A stretch of 64,000 bases of DNA from Azolla caroliniana. Lineage: Eukaryota; Plantae; Polypodiophyta. The stretch is taken from assembly GCA_043228905.1 (NCBI GenBank), contig JBHGNT010000002.1, forward strand, positions 21,638,001 to 21,702,000. Direction: 5' to 3'. Below the pieces are notes generated by a model. That model was not told where the DNA came from and searched no databases. It was given only the letters and a program-made list of their open reading frames with translations. Positions 23,123-35,800 of this stretch are shown in pieces. Made by a program: the position numbers and the translations under genes. Position 1 is the stretch's first letter. Each line of letters starts with the position of its first letter.

Positions 23123-26100
23123 CAGTCGTTACACCAATCACGCTATACAAAGGTAATAACAGCAACTATGATCGTCATCACACTATTTGCCCTAGGTCAC
23201 ATTTATACTAATATGACATTAGGACTATTTACAGATATAGCCCCAATGGGCTCTTAGAAACATATCTACATATGTGTCCCTTCATCCGATCAGAGGTTCT
23301 CACCTTGCCTGCAACATCCGTTTCGCACCGGGTCTTCCTTGCCGGGTACTCGTCATCCGGTTCTCACCGGGTCTTCCTTGCCGGGTACTTGTCATCCGGT
23401 TCTCACCGGGTCTTCCGATGCCGGGCCTTCATATCCCATCCGGAGGGACCAAGATCCTAACAAACTCCCCCTTCACTCTGGCATGGGATGCCTAATCAAT
23501 CCGATCCGCTTCCAGCATGCATTTAGCTTGTCGGGCATCAGCACCTTGGTTAGCATATTCAACCCGTTCTCCTCCGTGTGGATCTTCGTCAGCACGAACT
23601 CTCGGTCTTCTACTCGCTCCCGAATCCAATCGTACCTCCGTTGGATGTGCTTCGTCTTGGAATGATACGTTGTGTTCTTCGCAAGGTGGATGGCACTTTG
23701 ATAGTCGCAATAGAGCCGGTATTCCTCTTGCAGATCCCTAGCTCTTCGATGAAGTCCTTCATCCATAGTATGTCCTTGCTGGTTTCCACAGCCGCCATGT
23801 ACTCCGCTTCCGTGGTTGACAACGCAACCGTCTTCTGCAGCCTCGATTGCCACGAAATAGCTCCCCCCGCATATGTCATGACATACCCGGATGTTGACTG
23901 GCTGGTATCCGCATTAGCCGACATATCCGAATCGGTGAAACCGTCAAGTAGGGGTTTACCGCAGCTGAATCGGAGGCACATACTTCAGGTGCCTTTCAAG
24001 TATCGGAGTATCCATTTTATCGCATTCCAGTACTCCTTGTCGGGATTGCTCATAAACCGACTCACCACTCCGACTGCATATCCGATATTCGGTCGGGTAC
24101 ACGCCATTGCGTACATTAGGTTCCCGATGGCAGAGGCATATGGTATCTTCATCATATCCGCCTTCTTTGCCTTCGTCTTCGGGCTTTGCTTACCAGATAA
24201 CTTGTAGTTTGCCGAAAGTGTCGATCCGACCAGTTTCGCATCTGACATGTTGAACCGTTGAAGCACCTTTGTCACGTACTTCTCCTATGACAGCCACAAT
24301 TGCTTCGTTGGCCGCTCTCAAATGATATGCATCCCCAGCATCCGTCTTGCCGACCCAAGTCTTTCATTGAGAAGGTTCGGTTTAGGGCCTTCTTTAGCAT
24401 CTGTATCTTGACTTGGTCTCCTTCGTCGATCAACATATCGTCCACGTACAAGAGGAGTATCAGGAAATCTCCACCTTCGAACTTCTTCACAAATACGCAG
24501 TGATCGGCCTACGTCTTGTGGTACCCTTGATTAGTCATGAAGGAGTCAAACTTCTGGTACGATTGCCGGGGAGCCTGCTTCAACCCGTACAGGCTCTTTT
24601 TTAACCGGCAAACCAGCTGCTCCTTCCCTTTCTTCACAAATCCCTCCGATTGTTGCATGTAGATCTCCTCTTCGAGGTCGCCGTGGAAGAACGTCGTCTT
24701 CACGTCTAACTGTTCTACCTCGAGGTTCATGCTTGCCACTATGCTCAACACCGTCCGGATGGAAGTCATCTTTACTACCGGGGCAAATATCTCGTCGAAG
24801 TCCACGCCCTTCTTCTGCTGGAACCCCTTCACCACGATTCTAGCTTTGTACCTTGGAGGGTTGCCGGCATCTCCCAGTTTCAACTTGTACACCCACTTGC
24901 TTCGGAGTGCCCTCTTTCCTTTCAGCAACTCAGGGAATCATCTCGTCCTGCATGGCACTTAACCACTTGCGGCTATGGGTGTCGTCCTTCGCTTCTTCGA
25001 AGCTTTCCGGCTCCCCCTCATCGGTCAGCAGCACATGCTCTGCGTTCTCTCTAGGGGGGGCCTTCTCTCTCTAAGAGGATATCTACGTCTTTGCCTTTAA
25101 GCAACCGGCTCCTCCATTTGTTCTTCATCCGAATCCGATTCGAGGTCTTGGCCGGTTCCGGTTTCAGCTTCCTCTACTTCTTCTTCTCCCGGTTCGGTAT
25201 CCTCACCGTAACCAGCTGGTTCCTCGAGTGTCAACCGGCTCCTAGCCAGGTGGGTCCAAATCTCATCAAAGTTCATTATCTTCTTCTCCGACTCCTAGTC
25301 GGCAAGAGTCTTGTCCTCCATGAAGATAATATCTCGGCTACGGAAAACCTTCTTGTCCACCGGATCCCACACTCATTAGCTGAACTCATCGTCGTCGTAT
25401 CCGAGGAATATGCATGGCCGGGTCTTTGAATCCAACTTTCCTCTCCGGTCCTTAGCAACATGCACGTATGCGAGACACCCGAACACCTTCAAATGCCGGT
25501 AGGACACTTCCTTACTGGTCCACACCTTTTGCAGCGTGTCTCCATCCAAGGGCACTGAGGGTGATCTGTTTATCACATACGTCGTTGTCGACAACGCCTC
25601 AGCCCAAAACATATTGGGTAGTTTAGTATGTGCTAACATACTCCAGTCCCTCTCCATTATGGTCCGGTTCATCCTCTCGGGTAGCCCGTTTAGTTCCGGC
25701 ATCTTCCGCACGGTAAATTCGAGTCGGATTCCCTTCGAGTGGAAATACTCCTCGAATTGCCCCCGGTATTCCCCTCTGTTATCTGCTCGAACCGCCTTCA
25801 GCTTCCGTCCGGTTTCTCTTTCCACTCTTGTGTGGAGGTCCTTGAAGACGGATAACACCTAATCCTTTGTCTTCAACGGTGTGGCCCACAGCCTCCTGCT
25901 GTGGTCATCTATGAACGTCACGAAGTACTGCGCTCTGGCATGGGACTTCATGTCCACTTGACACACATCGGTATGCACCAACTCCAATGGTGCATTACGT
26001 CTCATCGGTGGCTTTGATTAGAAGGAGGTCCGGTTTTGCTTACCGGCTAGGTAGTCGGTGCACCTCTCAAGATGCACGTTCTTCATCGGAATGAGGTTGT

Positions 26101-27768
26101 CATCGGCAAGCCTCTTCATCCCCTTCACGCTCATGTGACACAGTCTCTTGTGCCACAGCTCACTCGCAGTGTCGGAAGCCACGTTCACTTCTTCCGGGCA
26201 TAACCTGGCATTCATCAGGTACAACGTGTTGACCTTCCGGGACCGAGCAACTATCAAGCTCCCTTTGCTGAATTTCATGACTCCGTTCCGGATGCTACCC
26301 ATGTAGCCTTCATCATCTAGCCAACCGGCTGATATCAAGTTCAATCGAACCTCTGGAACGTATCGGACATCCTTCAATAGCAGCTTGCATCCGGTTGGTG
26401 TTGTCAACCACACGTCTCCTATGCAGACAATTCGGCATGTACTTTCATTCCCCATCCGGACACAGCCATGATCACCGGTTGTGTAGGATGAGAAGCATTT
26501 CCGGTCCGGGGTAAGGTGGAACGACGCTCCGAAATCGACAACCCACATTGTCTCATCGCCGGCAAGGTTCAACTCACTCTCCTCGGTGATGAGCATCAAC
26601 TCTTCTTCACTTGCTGCGATTGCCGTCATTCCCTTCTAGTCCGGCCCCCTCCGGTCTTTACCGTTCCAGTCCGGTGTCCGCTTCGAATCGGTACCGTCGG
26701 TTTCCTTATCTTTTCGGAAGTGCCGACATTTCTTCTGGAAGTGTCCCAACTTACCACAATAGAAGCAAGTAGGCCTCCCCCTTGACTTTGACCGTGTCCC
26801 CGACTTTTCCCGGATCTGGGGATTACGGTTCCTTTGTCTTCCGTGTTCCGATTCGGTAAGGAGTGCTTTAGAGTCGAAGCTCATATCCTTGTCTTTGCGA
26901 CACCCCTCCTCATTTAGCAAGCTCGACTTCACTCTTCCTAGGCATAACCGTTTCCCTTCCGGCCCGGCGTTGCCCAAAGTGACAACCAACGTCTCCTAGC
27001 TATCTGGGAGGGAACCGAGCAGTAGTAGTGGTAGTACCTCATTGGCGAGAGGTACTTCCAATGATTTTTCCTAGTGGATCAGCCCCTGGAAGGCATTCAT
27101 GTGCTCCGCCATGCTGGAGCCATCTTGGTACCGGAGTCTTACTAGCTTCCGAAATACGGAAACCTGATTAACAACATTTTTGTTCTGAAACATAATGTCG
27201 ATCTTCTCCCAGAGCTCATGAGCCTTGCTCTCTTCATTGAAGTTGTTGTATAGACTCATGTCGATGAAGCACCATATGTACGCCGTTGTCTTCATGTGCA
27301 TCACCTCCCATATCATGGCACCGATTTTGTTCGGTCTCTTGTCCCCGAACTAAACCGGAAACCAAAGATCTTTAACCACGAGCATGTCCCTCATCTTTGA
27401 CTTCCACACTGAGTAGTTGGAACCGGAGAGCTTGAACATGCCTCCCAATGAATCGTTCATTTTTCTATGTCGTTTCGCTCTGATACCAATTTGACGTGAA
27501 ATATGCGGAATAATCTCCGGCCACAACCGAAGCGTAGATCACTTGATGACAATCAAACACAGAGGAAATGGGAATGGAGGTAAGTACACAAACATCAAGA
27601 GAATACACAGGATGTTAGCGTGGAAAACCCTGAGAGGGAAAAACCACGGGAGTCCACAGACTCCAAACTATCACTATGTCAAGAAGCACAACAGGGAGCA
27701 CGGAAGCAACGACCTCTTGCTCACAATCTTTGCCTGGCCGTGATTACAACAGAGACATGCTCTGTATT

Positions 27769-27812
<44 letters not shown>

Positions 27813-28192
27813 CAGTCGTTACACCAATCATGCTATACAAAGGTAATAACAACAACTATGATCGTCATCACACTGTTTGCCCTAGGTCACATTTATACTA
27901 ATATGACATTAGGACTATTTACAGATATAGCCCCAATGGGCTCTCAGAAACATATCTACATATGTGTCCCTTCGTCCGATGAGAGGGTCTCACCGGGCCT
28001 GCGACATCCGGTTCTCACCAGGTCTTCCTTGCCGGGTACTCGTCATCTGGTTCTCACCGGTTCTTCCGATGTCGGGCCTGCAACATCTGGCTCTCACCGG
28101 GTCTTCCTTGCCGGGTACTCGTCATCCGGTTCTCACCGGGTCTTCCGATGCCGGACCTTCGTATCCCATCCGGAGGGACTGAGATCCTAACA
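22812..28192 (-). mobile_element. Near full-length Copia-B element: 5' LTR 27492-28192, PBS-Met 27477-27488, gag-pol 27460-23473 (disrupted), PPT, 3' LTR 22812-23462, TSD TAAAA
   Basis: Perfect 5-bp TSD; domain order gag-PR-INT-RT-RH; several stops and frameshifts. Confidence 0.95.
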
Positions 28193-28374
28193 TAAAATAG
28201 TATCTTCACTATTATTGTTTTATGTCATGTGTGAAGAACCACACTCAATTTTGGACATTCCTTGCAATTTTCACACCGTTGTCGAAAATCTTCATGACAT
28301 CCGCCCCCACCAAACAGCACGTCGTGTGGTACGTGCCAAGAAGAGAGAGTGAGAGATTTCGGCTATGGTGATTC

Positions 28375-30760
28375 CTACATTTTGAGCATGAACCATTGTC
28401 GCCACCCAATCCACCATATCATTCGCTCATTCTTTGCTTTACCATGACCAATTGTCATGGCCCCTTGTTCTCCTTTCGAACATAACTCTTTAGGGTTTAT
28501 GCATGTTCCACCTTTGTCTCGATCATCTCCTTGCTCAATGCACTTTGACCCATCGCACATTTTTGTTTTGTGTCTTTCTCTCCAAGCCTTTATCTAAATA
28601 ATATCATTGACTACCCCATGTAGTACCTTCAAATGCATGCCTACTTTGAGATCCTTACGCGACCATGCTCTATATTTCTCACTTTGTCTAGTTTCATGAT
28701 ACAATCTCATATTAGACTCGACAATCTTCACACAAGCATCTTTGCTAGATGTTTTGATCACATTCTTCGGATCCTGATGGCTCGCTTGGCCATCGCCATC
28801 CCTTTTCATACTTTGCTCAGACTCTTTGTTGTACACATCAGCTTTTGTCTCTATTCTTTGCTTGACCTCTTCCTCCCACAGATCAGCTTCAACCCTTGCT
28901 TCTTCTTCGTCATTGTCCTTCTCTTGGGTCTTACATTGGTTAATGTCCAAGTCTCTGGAACGAGTGTGGAGATATCCATATGTATTTGTTGGACACACCC
29001 CGACATCATTATTTTCATCGGCTTGGACCTTCGCTTCCACGCCGTCATCTTCTTTCTCTTGGGTCTCATGTTGTCTTTGAAATGCAACTGCCCAAGTCTC
29101 TAGAACATGTGCGAAGGACTCCGTTTTTCTTTGGTCAATTTCCTTCGACACCTTTGTCTTGATGTCATCTTTCACATCAGATTTGAACTCCCCTTGTTGC
29201 CACTTTCCGTCTCTTGGGTCTTATGTTGGTTCTCGGACGCAACTACCCAAGTCTCTAGAACCAGTGTGGGGAAAGTCTTGTCACTGCCATCATTCACGAT
29301 TGACTCGTCCATATCTATCTTAGCCTCGATGTTGTGCACACCATCTTGGTCCTTCCCCTTACTACCACATTCCATCTCTTGGGTCTCACGTTGGCTCTCT
29401 ACAACTACCCAAGTCTTCGGAACTTGTGAGAAGGAATCCTCGACGTGGCCATCTGCCATTAATTCTTCCATAGCCACCTCTGACTTGATGTCATTTTTCG
29501 TAGCTATCTCTTCAATCTCATGGGCCTCGTACCCATTGACCCTCTTGATCGAGCAAACTTCGATTATGCTTCTCTCTTCATTGCATGTATTCGTTTTGAC
29601 CTTCGGCTCCTCGCCGACACCTTCCATCTCTTGGGTCTCACATTGGTTCTTGGATGCAACTGCCCAAGTCTCTAGAACATGTGTGAAGAAAATCCAATCG
29701 TGATCGTCGTCGACGCTTATTGTCTTGTTCATAGCCGCCTCCTCGATGTTGATTTTAGTGGCTAGATCCTCCATCATGTCGATCTCACACTCTTAATCTT
29801 CCTTAATGCAAGCTTCGATTAGGCTTGCTCCTTCATCATCCATTGTTTCGAACACAACGCGTGTCCCGAAACAGTTGTCCTCCTTTGAAGTGGCCTTCGT
29901 CGTCCTCGAGTCATCATCAATCTTCTTTTCGTGTAGGATGCGTTGTTTAGGCGTCTCTACTTCTTTAGATGGTCTTGATTTTTCTCCGCTTGGCCTTACC
30001 AAGTCAATATCATCAAGCCATTGACGACGCCTATCGATCTGATTGCATGCTCTCTTCACTGCAACCCAGTTTGCCACAAGCTCGTTCACTTGGGTATCAT
30101 CTTCGAGGAGACTCCCCAATTCTCGTCTATCTTTCATATCCACAACTTTCAGGAAATACAAAGTCTTGTCCTCCTCAAGCAGCACTTGGTCCCTATTGGG
30201 GAGACAACTAAACATCTGATCGAGCTCGTCGTACACCCTCGAGGCGCTCATCTTCTTATTCACTTCATCAAGGCATGTTGAGTCATCCTCATCAAATCTT
30301 CCATCGCAAACTCTGCTAATATTGCTCTCTCGAACTCAGACCATGTTGTCTTCCCTTCTTGAAGCTGAATGACCTTTTCTATCCACTTCATCAAGGCATG
30401 TCGAGTCATCCTCGTCAAATCTTCCATCGCGAACTCCGCTAATATTGCTCTCTCGAACTCAGACCATGTTGTCTTCCCTTCTTGAAGCTCAATGACCCGC
30501 CTTTAGATGTTGTTGGCGACCACTCTCTTGAAACTTGTGATTTGACACGCTTCAGACATGTCCCTTTGATTCATCTCCCTTTTGTATGCATCAAAGAACT
30601 TCGTAATGTTCCTTCCATCAAATTGACCCTCAAGCTCCACGACACGGTTGACGGCCTTCTCCACGCTTGCGTCGTTGTCTCGAGATCTCATCATTTGTTC
30701 CACGATTAATATCATCCTTTCGAATTCTCCCGCTTGATTGCTTGAGGATGCCATCTCCAA
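28375..30760 (-). pseudogene. Decayed Gag-capsid plus acidic-repeat ORF, homologue of 33556-37809
   Basis: AVNRVVELEGQFDGRNITKF..Y..EM (gag), repeats VLETW(A/V)VAS..Q(H/R)ETQE, and C-terminal WWIGWRQWF. A tandem duplication of about 120 bp lies at 30260-30500. Confidence 0.75.
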
Positions 30761-31897
30761 GTATCAGCCGATCCTCGACTTGATCCTTCCTACCGCCTCT
30801 TTCATGTCGGGTTCACCACTTAATTATGTAGTGAAGATCCGTCACTACGTGCGGATCGTGAGGCGGAACCGCCGGGGTTCTAGACCGGAAGGATTTGAAG
30901 TTTTCACTAGCTTTAGCGAGAAAGTATTTAAGATAGATTGAAAGAGAGAGATTGATATGACGAAAGAGAGCTATTGAGATAAAGATTCAACTTTTAACTT
31001 TTAGATTTAAGAGAGAAGATACATAAACAATAGGATTACAAGTTTCCTATTTTTCCCAAATTTTTCCATTCGTTTCATTTGCTTGATTCCTCCACTCTTT
31101 TATTGATGCCCCCATGCATATGGTGCATGTGAGGGTGCAAGACATGCACGTAATGCATGAAATGCATGCAATGTATGCTTGCCATGTCATCATCTAAGCT
31201 CTCATGTATGAGAATTTACATGTAAAAGTATAATGAAAAAAATATAGCTTCTAAGGAAATGACTTGGCTCGCTGTCTCGCTGACTCCGTCCGGTCACCGT
31301 CTCCCCGTTTCGCCGGATCCGTCTGGTCGCCGTCTCGCGGGCTTCGTTCGGTCGCCGCCTCGCCAGCTCTGTCCGGTCGGCCAAAACCTTTACAAGTAGT
31401 TTAGGGGTTGTCGTCTCGCTGTCGCCGGATCCGTCCAGTCTCGCCGTCGTAGGATCCGTCCAGTCGCCATCCGGTTCCGGTCGGCCAAAACCTTAACAAG
31501 TAGATAGGCCACACCCATTCATCCGATTAGTTTAGCTCAAGTCACGTTGAACATTCTATGATCCACTCATAAACACGAAGTAACAAATTTTGGCCCTGCG
31601 TATATAATCTGGTATCCTTATTTCTCCTGTCTATGTGGGATATCTCGTAGTTTTGTTTTTCTTTTTCTTCTTCTTCACAAACTTCATACCCACATAACTT
31701 GCCACTTAGTTGTCTGTTTCTTATGTGGTAAAGTGTATTCGAAAGATCTTGAAGACCTCTATCTTTTTGTACCAAGATATTAAACTAGTATAAAATAGTA
31801 TCTTCACTATTATTGTTTTATGTCCTGTGTAAAGAACCACACTCGATTTTGTACATTCCTCACAATTTTCACACCGTTGCCAAAAATCTTCACGACA

Positions 31898-32873
31898 ACG
31901 GATATTTTGTCACGAGCAAGATACGACAATGAGGAAGACTCCAGATTTGATGAAGAAGATATTGGCTTGGACTTCTTTGAATAACTTCTTGTGTCAAATA
32001 TTCACAACTTTGAAAGATGAAGATTATAAAGGGAGTTCATAGAAATCGGCAAATACATAAGCTCCCTGAAAAAGGATGAATCGTGGATGGATGAGGATTT
32101 TCATCAAATCTGGAAGAAATATGGGTGACTTTCGCAAAGTTAAAAGAAAGGTATTGGTGGCCAGGATTCTACAAAGATATGGCAGGTTATGTTGAGACAT
32201 GCAAAGAATGTTAGATTTACTTGAATATTCGCCACAGAGATGAGCTTCACCCCACCTATCTATTATCGATACACTACAAATGGATGGTAGAAATTGTAGT
32301 GATGCCATTAGGACTATGGCAGATGAGATACCTTGTGTTAGCAAGAGAGGATCTCACAAACCAAGTGGAGGGTCGAGCATTCAGAAATAAAATGACGTCG
32401 GTAGTATGTTGATTCCTTCTAGAAGATGTCATATGTAGATATGGATGTGTCAGGAAGATAGTAGCAGATAGAGGCGAGTTGGATGTTAATTAATCCAAAG
32501 AGTTCTTTTCGAGCATAACGGTCAAGCTATCACTTACTACGTCTTACAACCTAGAGACAAATGGGAAAATAGAACGAGGTCCCGAACCTATTGTGAAGGC
32601 ATTAGTAAAGTCTTGTGTTGGGAAGTTAAGTGAATATCCTAGATTGCTACCATATGCATTGTGGGCTGATTGAACAACACGCAACACTGTCACTGGGTTT
32701 ATGCCAACAACGTTCATTATGGGTCAAAAACTTGTCATGCCAATAGAGCAAAACATCGTTTCATGGGCCGCTTTACCATGGGAAGATGGAATGAGCAAAG
32801 AAGACTTGCTAGCCACAAGGATTCGACAACTAGAGCAAAGTCCTAAAGATGTCAAAATGGCAATCAACTGCGT
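31898..32873 (+). pseudogene. Old AT-rich gypsy, piece 3: integrase (continues at 38523-38610)
   Basis: HRDELHPTY, YLVLAREDLTNQVEGR, LPYALWAD, IRQLE; homologous to 3-1255. Confidence 0.88.
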
Positions 32874-35800
32874 TGTCGCGTTGTTACGCGCGTGCGTGGA
32901 GAAGGGCGGAACCACGGGGGTCTTGGACTAAGGAGAAGGGGAGAAGGAATAGGACTTCGGAATGGAGCTTAGCACAAGAAGAGAAAGAATGAACAAGAGG
33001 AAGATGGAGGCCAAATGCTCAACAAGATATATTAGAACCGAAAACCGATTACAAAATGGCGGCCGCGTAGGCCGCACCAAACGACTATGATAAACCCGAA
33101 ACCCTAATCCGACGAAGAAGAAAAGAAACCCTAACCCTAAAACGAAATGGTATACCTCACTCACACTCAAAATAAGGCAACCCCCACAATGGTGCTCTTC
33201 CTCTCCCTTTATAGCACAAGGAGGGAAGACCGTTACATAAAGGTGCTACAAAATATCCCCTTTCAATCAATGGGGATATTTCCCTTGATTTTAGGGGAGG
33301 TGGGAAGGATGGGTCTTAACTCCCACCTCTACACGAACTACTATGTACCTATCTCTCTCTCTCACGTGGATGTGCGCGCAAAAGCACATCACCTTTACAC
33401 TTTACAAATCCTAAGGTGCATTTCTAGCACCATACTTATCACTATCGATAAATAGAAATACAACATGTTGATGTGCAACGTCGCACATCGCGGGTTTGCT
33501 TGCTTCGCTCGGTTTTCCGCCTATGGACGAAAATCTTCACGACATCCGCCCCCACCTAACCGCACATCCACCGGTATGTGCCAAAAGGGGAACAAAACGC
33601 GAGATTTTCGGCCGAGGCGGCCAACCGAGCCCTTGACAACCTCGTGGGCTTGCCCGGCTTAGTCTTCCACTTCGAGCAAGTCCACCCCGTCCACACGAAC
33701 CACCGTCGCCTTCCGGCCCACCATCTCCGCCGAATGGTCTCGAACCGTCGGCTCCATCCGATCCGCCACACTTGACGACGTTCGCCGAGTCGTGGCCTCC
33801 ACCCGATCCGCCACGTCCACCGTGTTTCCTCGAACCACCGTCTACATCCGGACCGCCGTTTCCGATGCCCGCGCTTTCTTCCCCGATCGGTCCTCCCGAA
33901 CGCCGTTGCCGACCCTTTGTCCGCCTCGCATATCCTCCGGATCCGCCTTTTTCGTGCCGCGCACCTCGTCGTGCCGACTCTTCTCGCTCCGCGCTTGCCT
34001 TCCGTAGGCTTTCCCCGTACGTCGGTGTCGTCCTCCGAATGCGTGCTCGTGCTTCGGTCCTTCGATGACCCCATCACGCATTTTTCGCCTTCCCCTTGCT
34101 TGCCGTGCTCTCTCGCCGTAGAGCATACCATCGTTCCCGTGCTCGTCGCTTGGCCCTCATGCGGCCGTATTGCACGATTCGCATTCCGCTCCTCTTCGCG
34201 TACCCTTTCGGAAAGGTACCCTTCTTCCCCGATCTCCGTTTCGCTCGGAGGAACACCCTCTTGGCCCTCTTGGCCCGCTCGACCGCACACATCCTTCGTG
34301 ATGTCGTGTTCGTTCTTTTGGGCGCATACATCTTCGTTCTCCGCGACCTCCCGTATGCCTCTCTCGGTGCCTTCATCCGTTGTGGCCTTCGTCCCCTCGC
34401 CGCCACCGTCCGCCACTCTTGGTCTCACGTCGGCACTCGCGCCGATCGCCGGAGTCTCTATAGCCGGTGTGGAGGATCCCTCTCGGGTCTTATCTTCGTG
34501 GCCGCCGGTCTTAGCCTCTCCGTAGGCCACCTCTTCCCACCAATCTTCCCTAGCATCGTGCCGGGTCTCGTCGTCGCCGCCTTCCTCCTCGTATTCGCCT
34601 CTCGAAGGCGTGATCCGACCGTCATCTTCGGTCGCTCGATGTGGCTCCTTCGTAGGCATGCTTGTGTCTTGGCCCTCCATCGGCCGTATTGCATGCATCT
34701 CGTCTCGCTCTTCCGCCGTAGACCCGACCTTCGTGTCGGTCTTCTCCTCCTTTGTCGCCGTAGCCCGTTCCGACACGGGCTCGCCGTCTTGGACCCACCC
34801 GTCCACCATCTCGTACCGGATATCCGTTCCGGTAACCTCGTACGCTCCGGCCTCCGACTCCTCGCCGCCACCCGCCGTCTCTCCGGTCTTATGTTGATCC
34901 GCAACCGCCGTAGCCTCTAGAGTGGGTATGGAGGGTCTCGTTTGTTTCCGTTTTTCCCCTGAACCATGGTCGTCGTGCCCGGTTAGCCTCCATCTCGCGC
35001 TTACCGGCTCCCATCGTAACCGTAACCGTAACCGGCCAATCGGTCTTGCCGGCTTCCTTCGGTTTGGGCCCGGTTCGCCGGCCCTTACTCCCTTCTTCTT
35101 CCGTGCTGTATTCCGGTCGGGTCGGTTCCCGACTCTCTCCTCGTTTCCGCTCCGGTCCTTTCCGTCGGACCCACCGTATACGCCCATTCCGGGCCCCGCA
35201 TACTCGTCTTCGTATGCGCTCTTTCCGGGCCTCACCTCCTCACGGTCATCGCCCACCTCTTCGGTCTCACGTTGGCATTCGAGCACAACCGCCGAAGTCT
35301 CCGGCCCCGGTGTCAAGGGGTCTTGCCTCCGTCCGCTCCAATCTTCCTTCTCGTTTCCGTTGCCCGCCTTGCCGCCGTCACCTCCCGTCGCACTAAGCCT
35401 CATGCCGGCACTCGGGCCGGCCATTGGAGCCTCTAGGATTGGTGTGGGTAAGGACCCGGCACCGCCGCTTGTTGTCTCCGTAGCCGCTTTCGTTCGGACG
35501 TCGTTGTTCGCGGCTCCCCCATCTCCGATTCCGTAAGCCTCTAGTATGCTTGCCACCACCTCTTCTTCGCCGTTCTCCGCGTCATTTTGTTTGCCCGCCT
35601 TGCCGCCGCCACCGCCCGTCGTTCTAGGTCTCGTGCCGGCACTCGGGCCGACCGCCGAAGCCTCTAGGGCCGGTGTGTGGAAGGTCGCGGCACCACCGCT
35701 CGCCTCCTCTCCGCTCGATGTTTTGGGCCGCCGTGCCCCGAATCTTTCGCCCACTTTCGAAGTGGCGCTCTCCGCTTTGTAGTCACCGGCCTCATCCTTG

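Larger units (their letters stand above)
22031..31897 (-). mobile_element. Older pol-less Trp-primed element: 5' LTR 30827-31897, PBS 30803-30818, PPT 28300-28311, 3' LTR 22031-22811 plus 28193-28299, 4-bp TSD GCGG/ACGG
   Basis: Paired LTRs. The host frame VA|DILSRARY rejoins across it. The 2.5-kb interior has no RT or integrase. Confidence 0.88.

Noticed and set aside
33147-33455. 102-aa ORF duplicated at 38125-38433
   Set aside because: The duplication simply reflects the identical LTRs; there is no sign of coding function.
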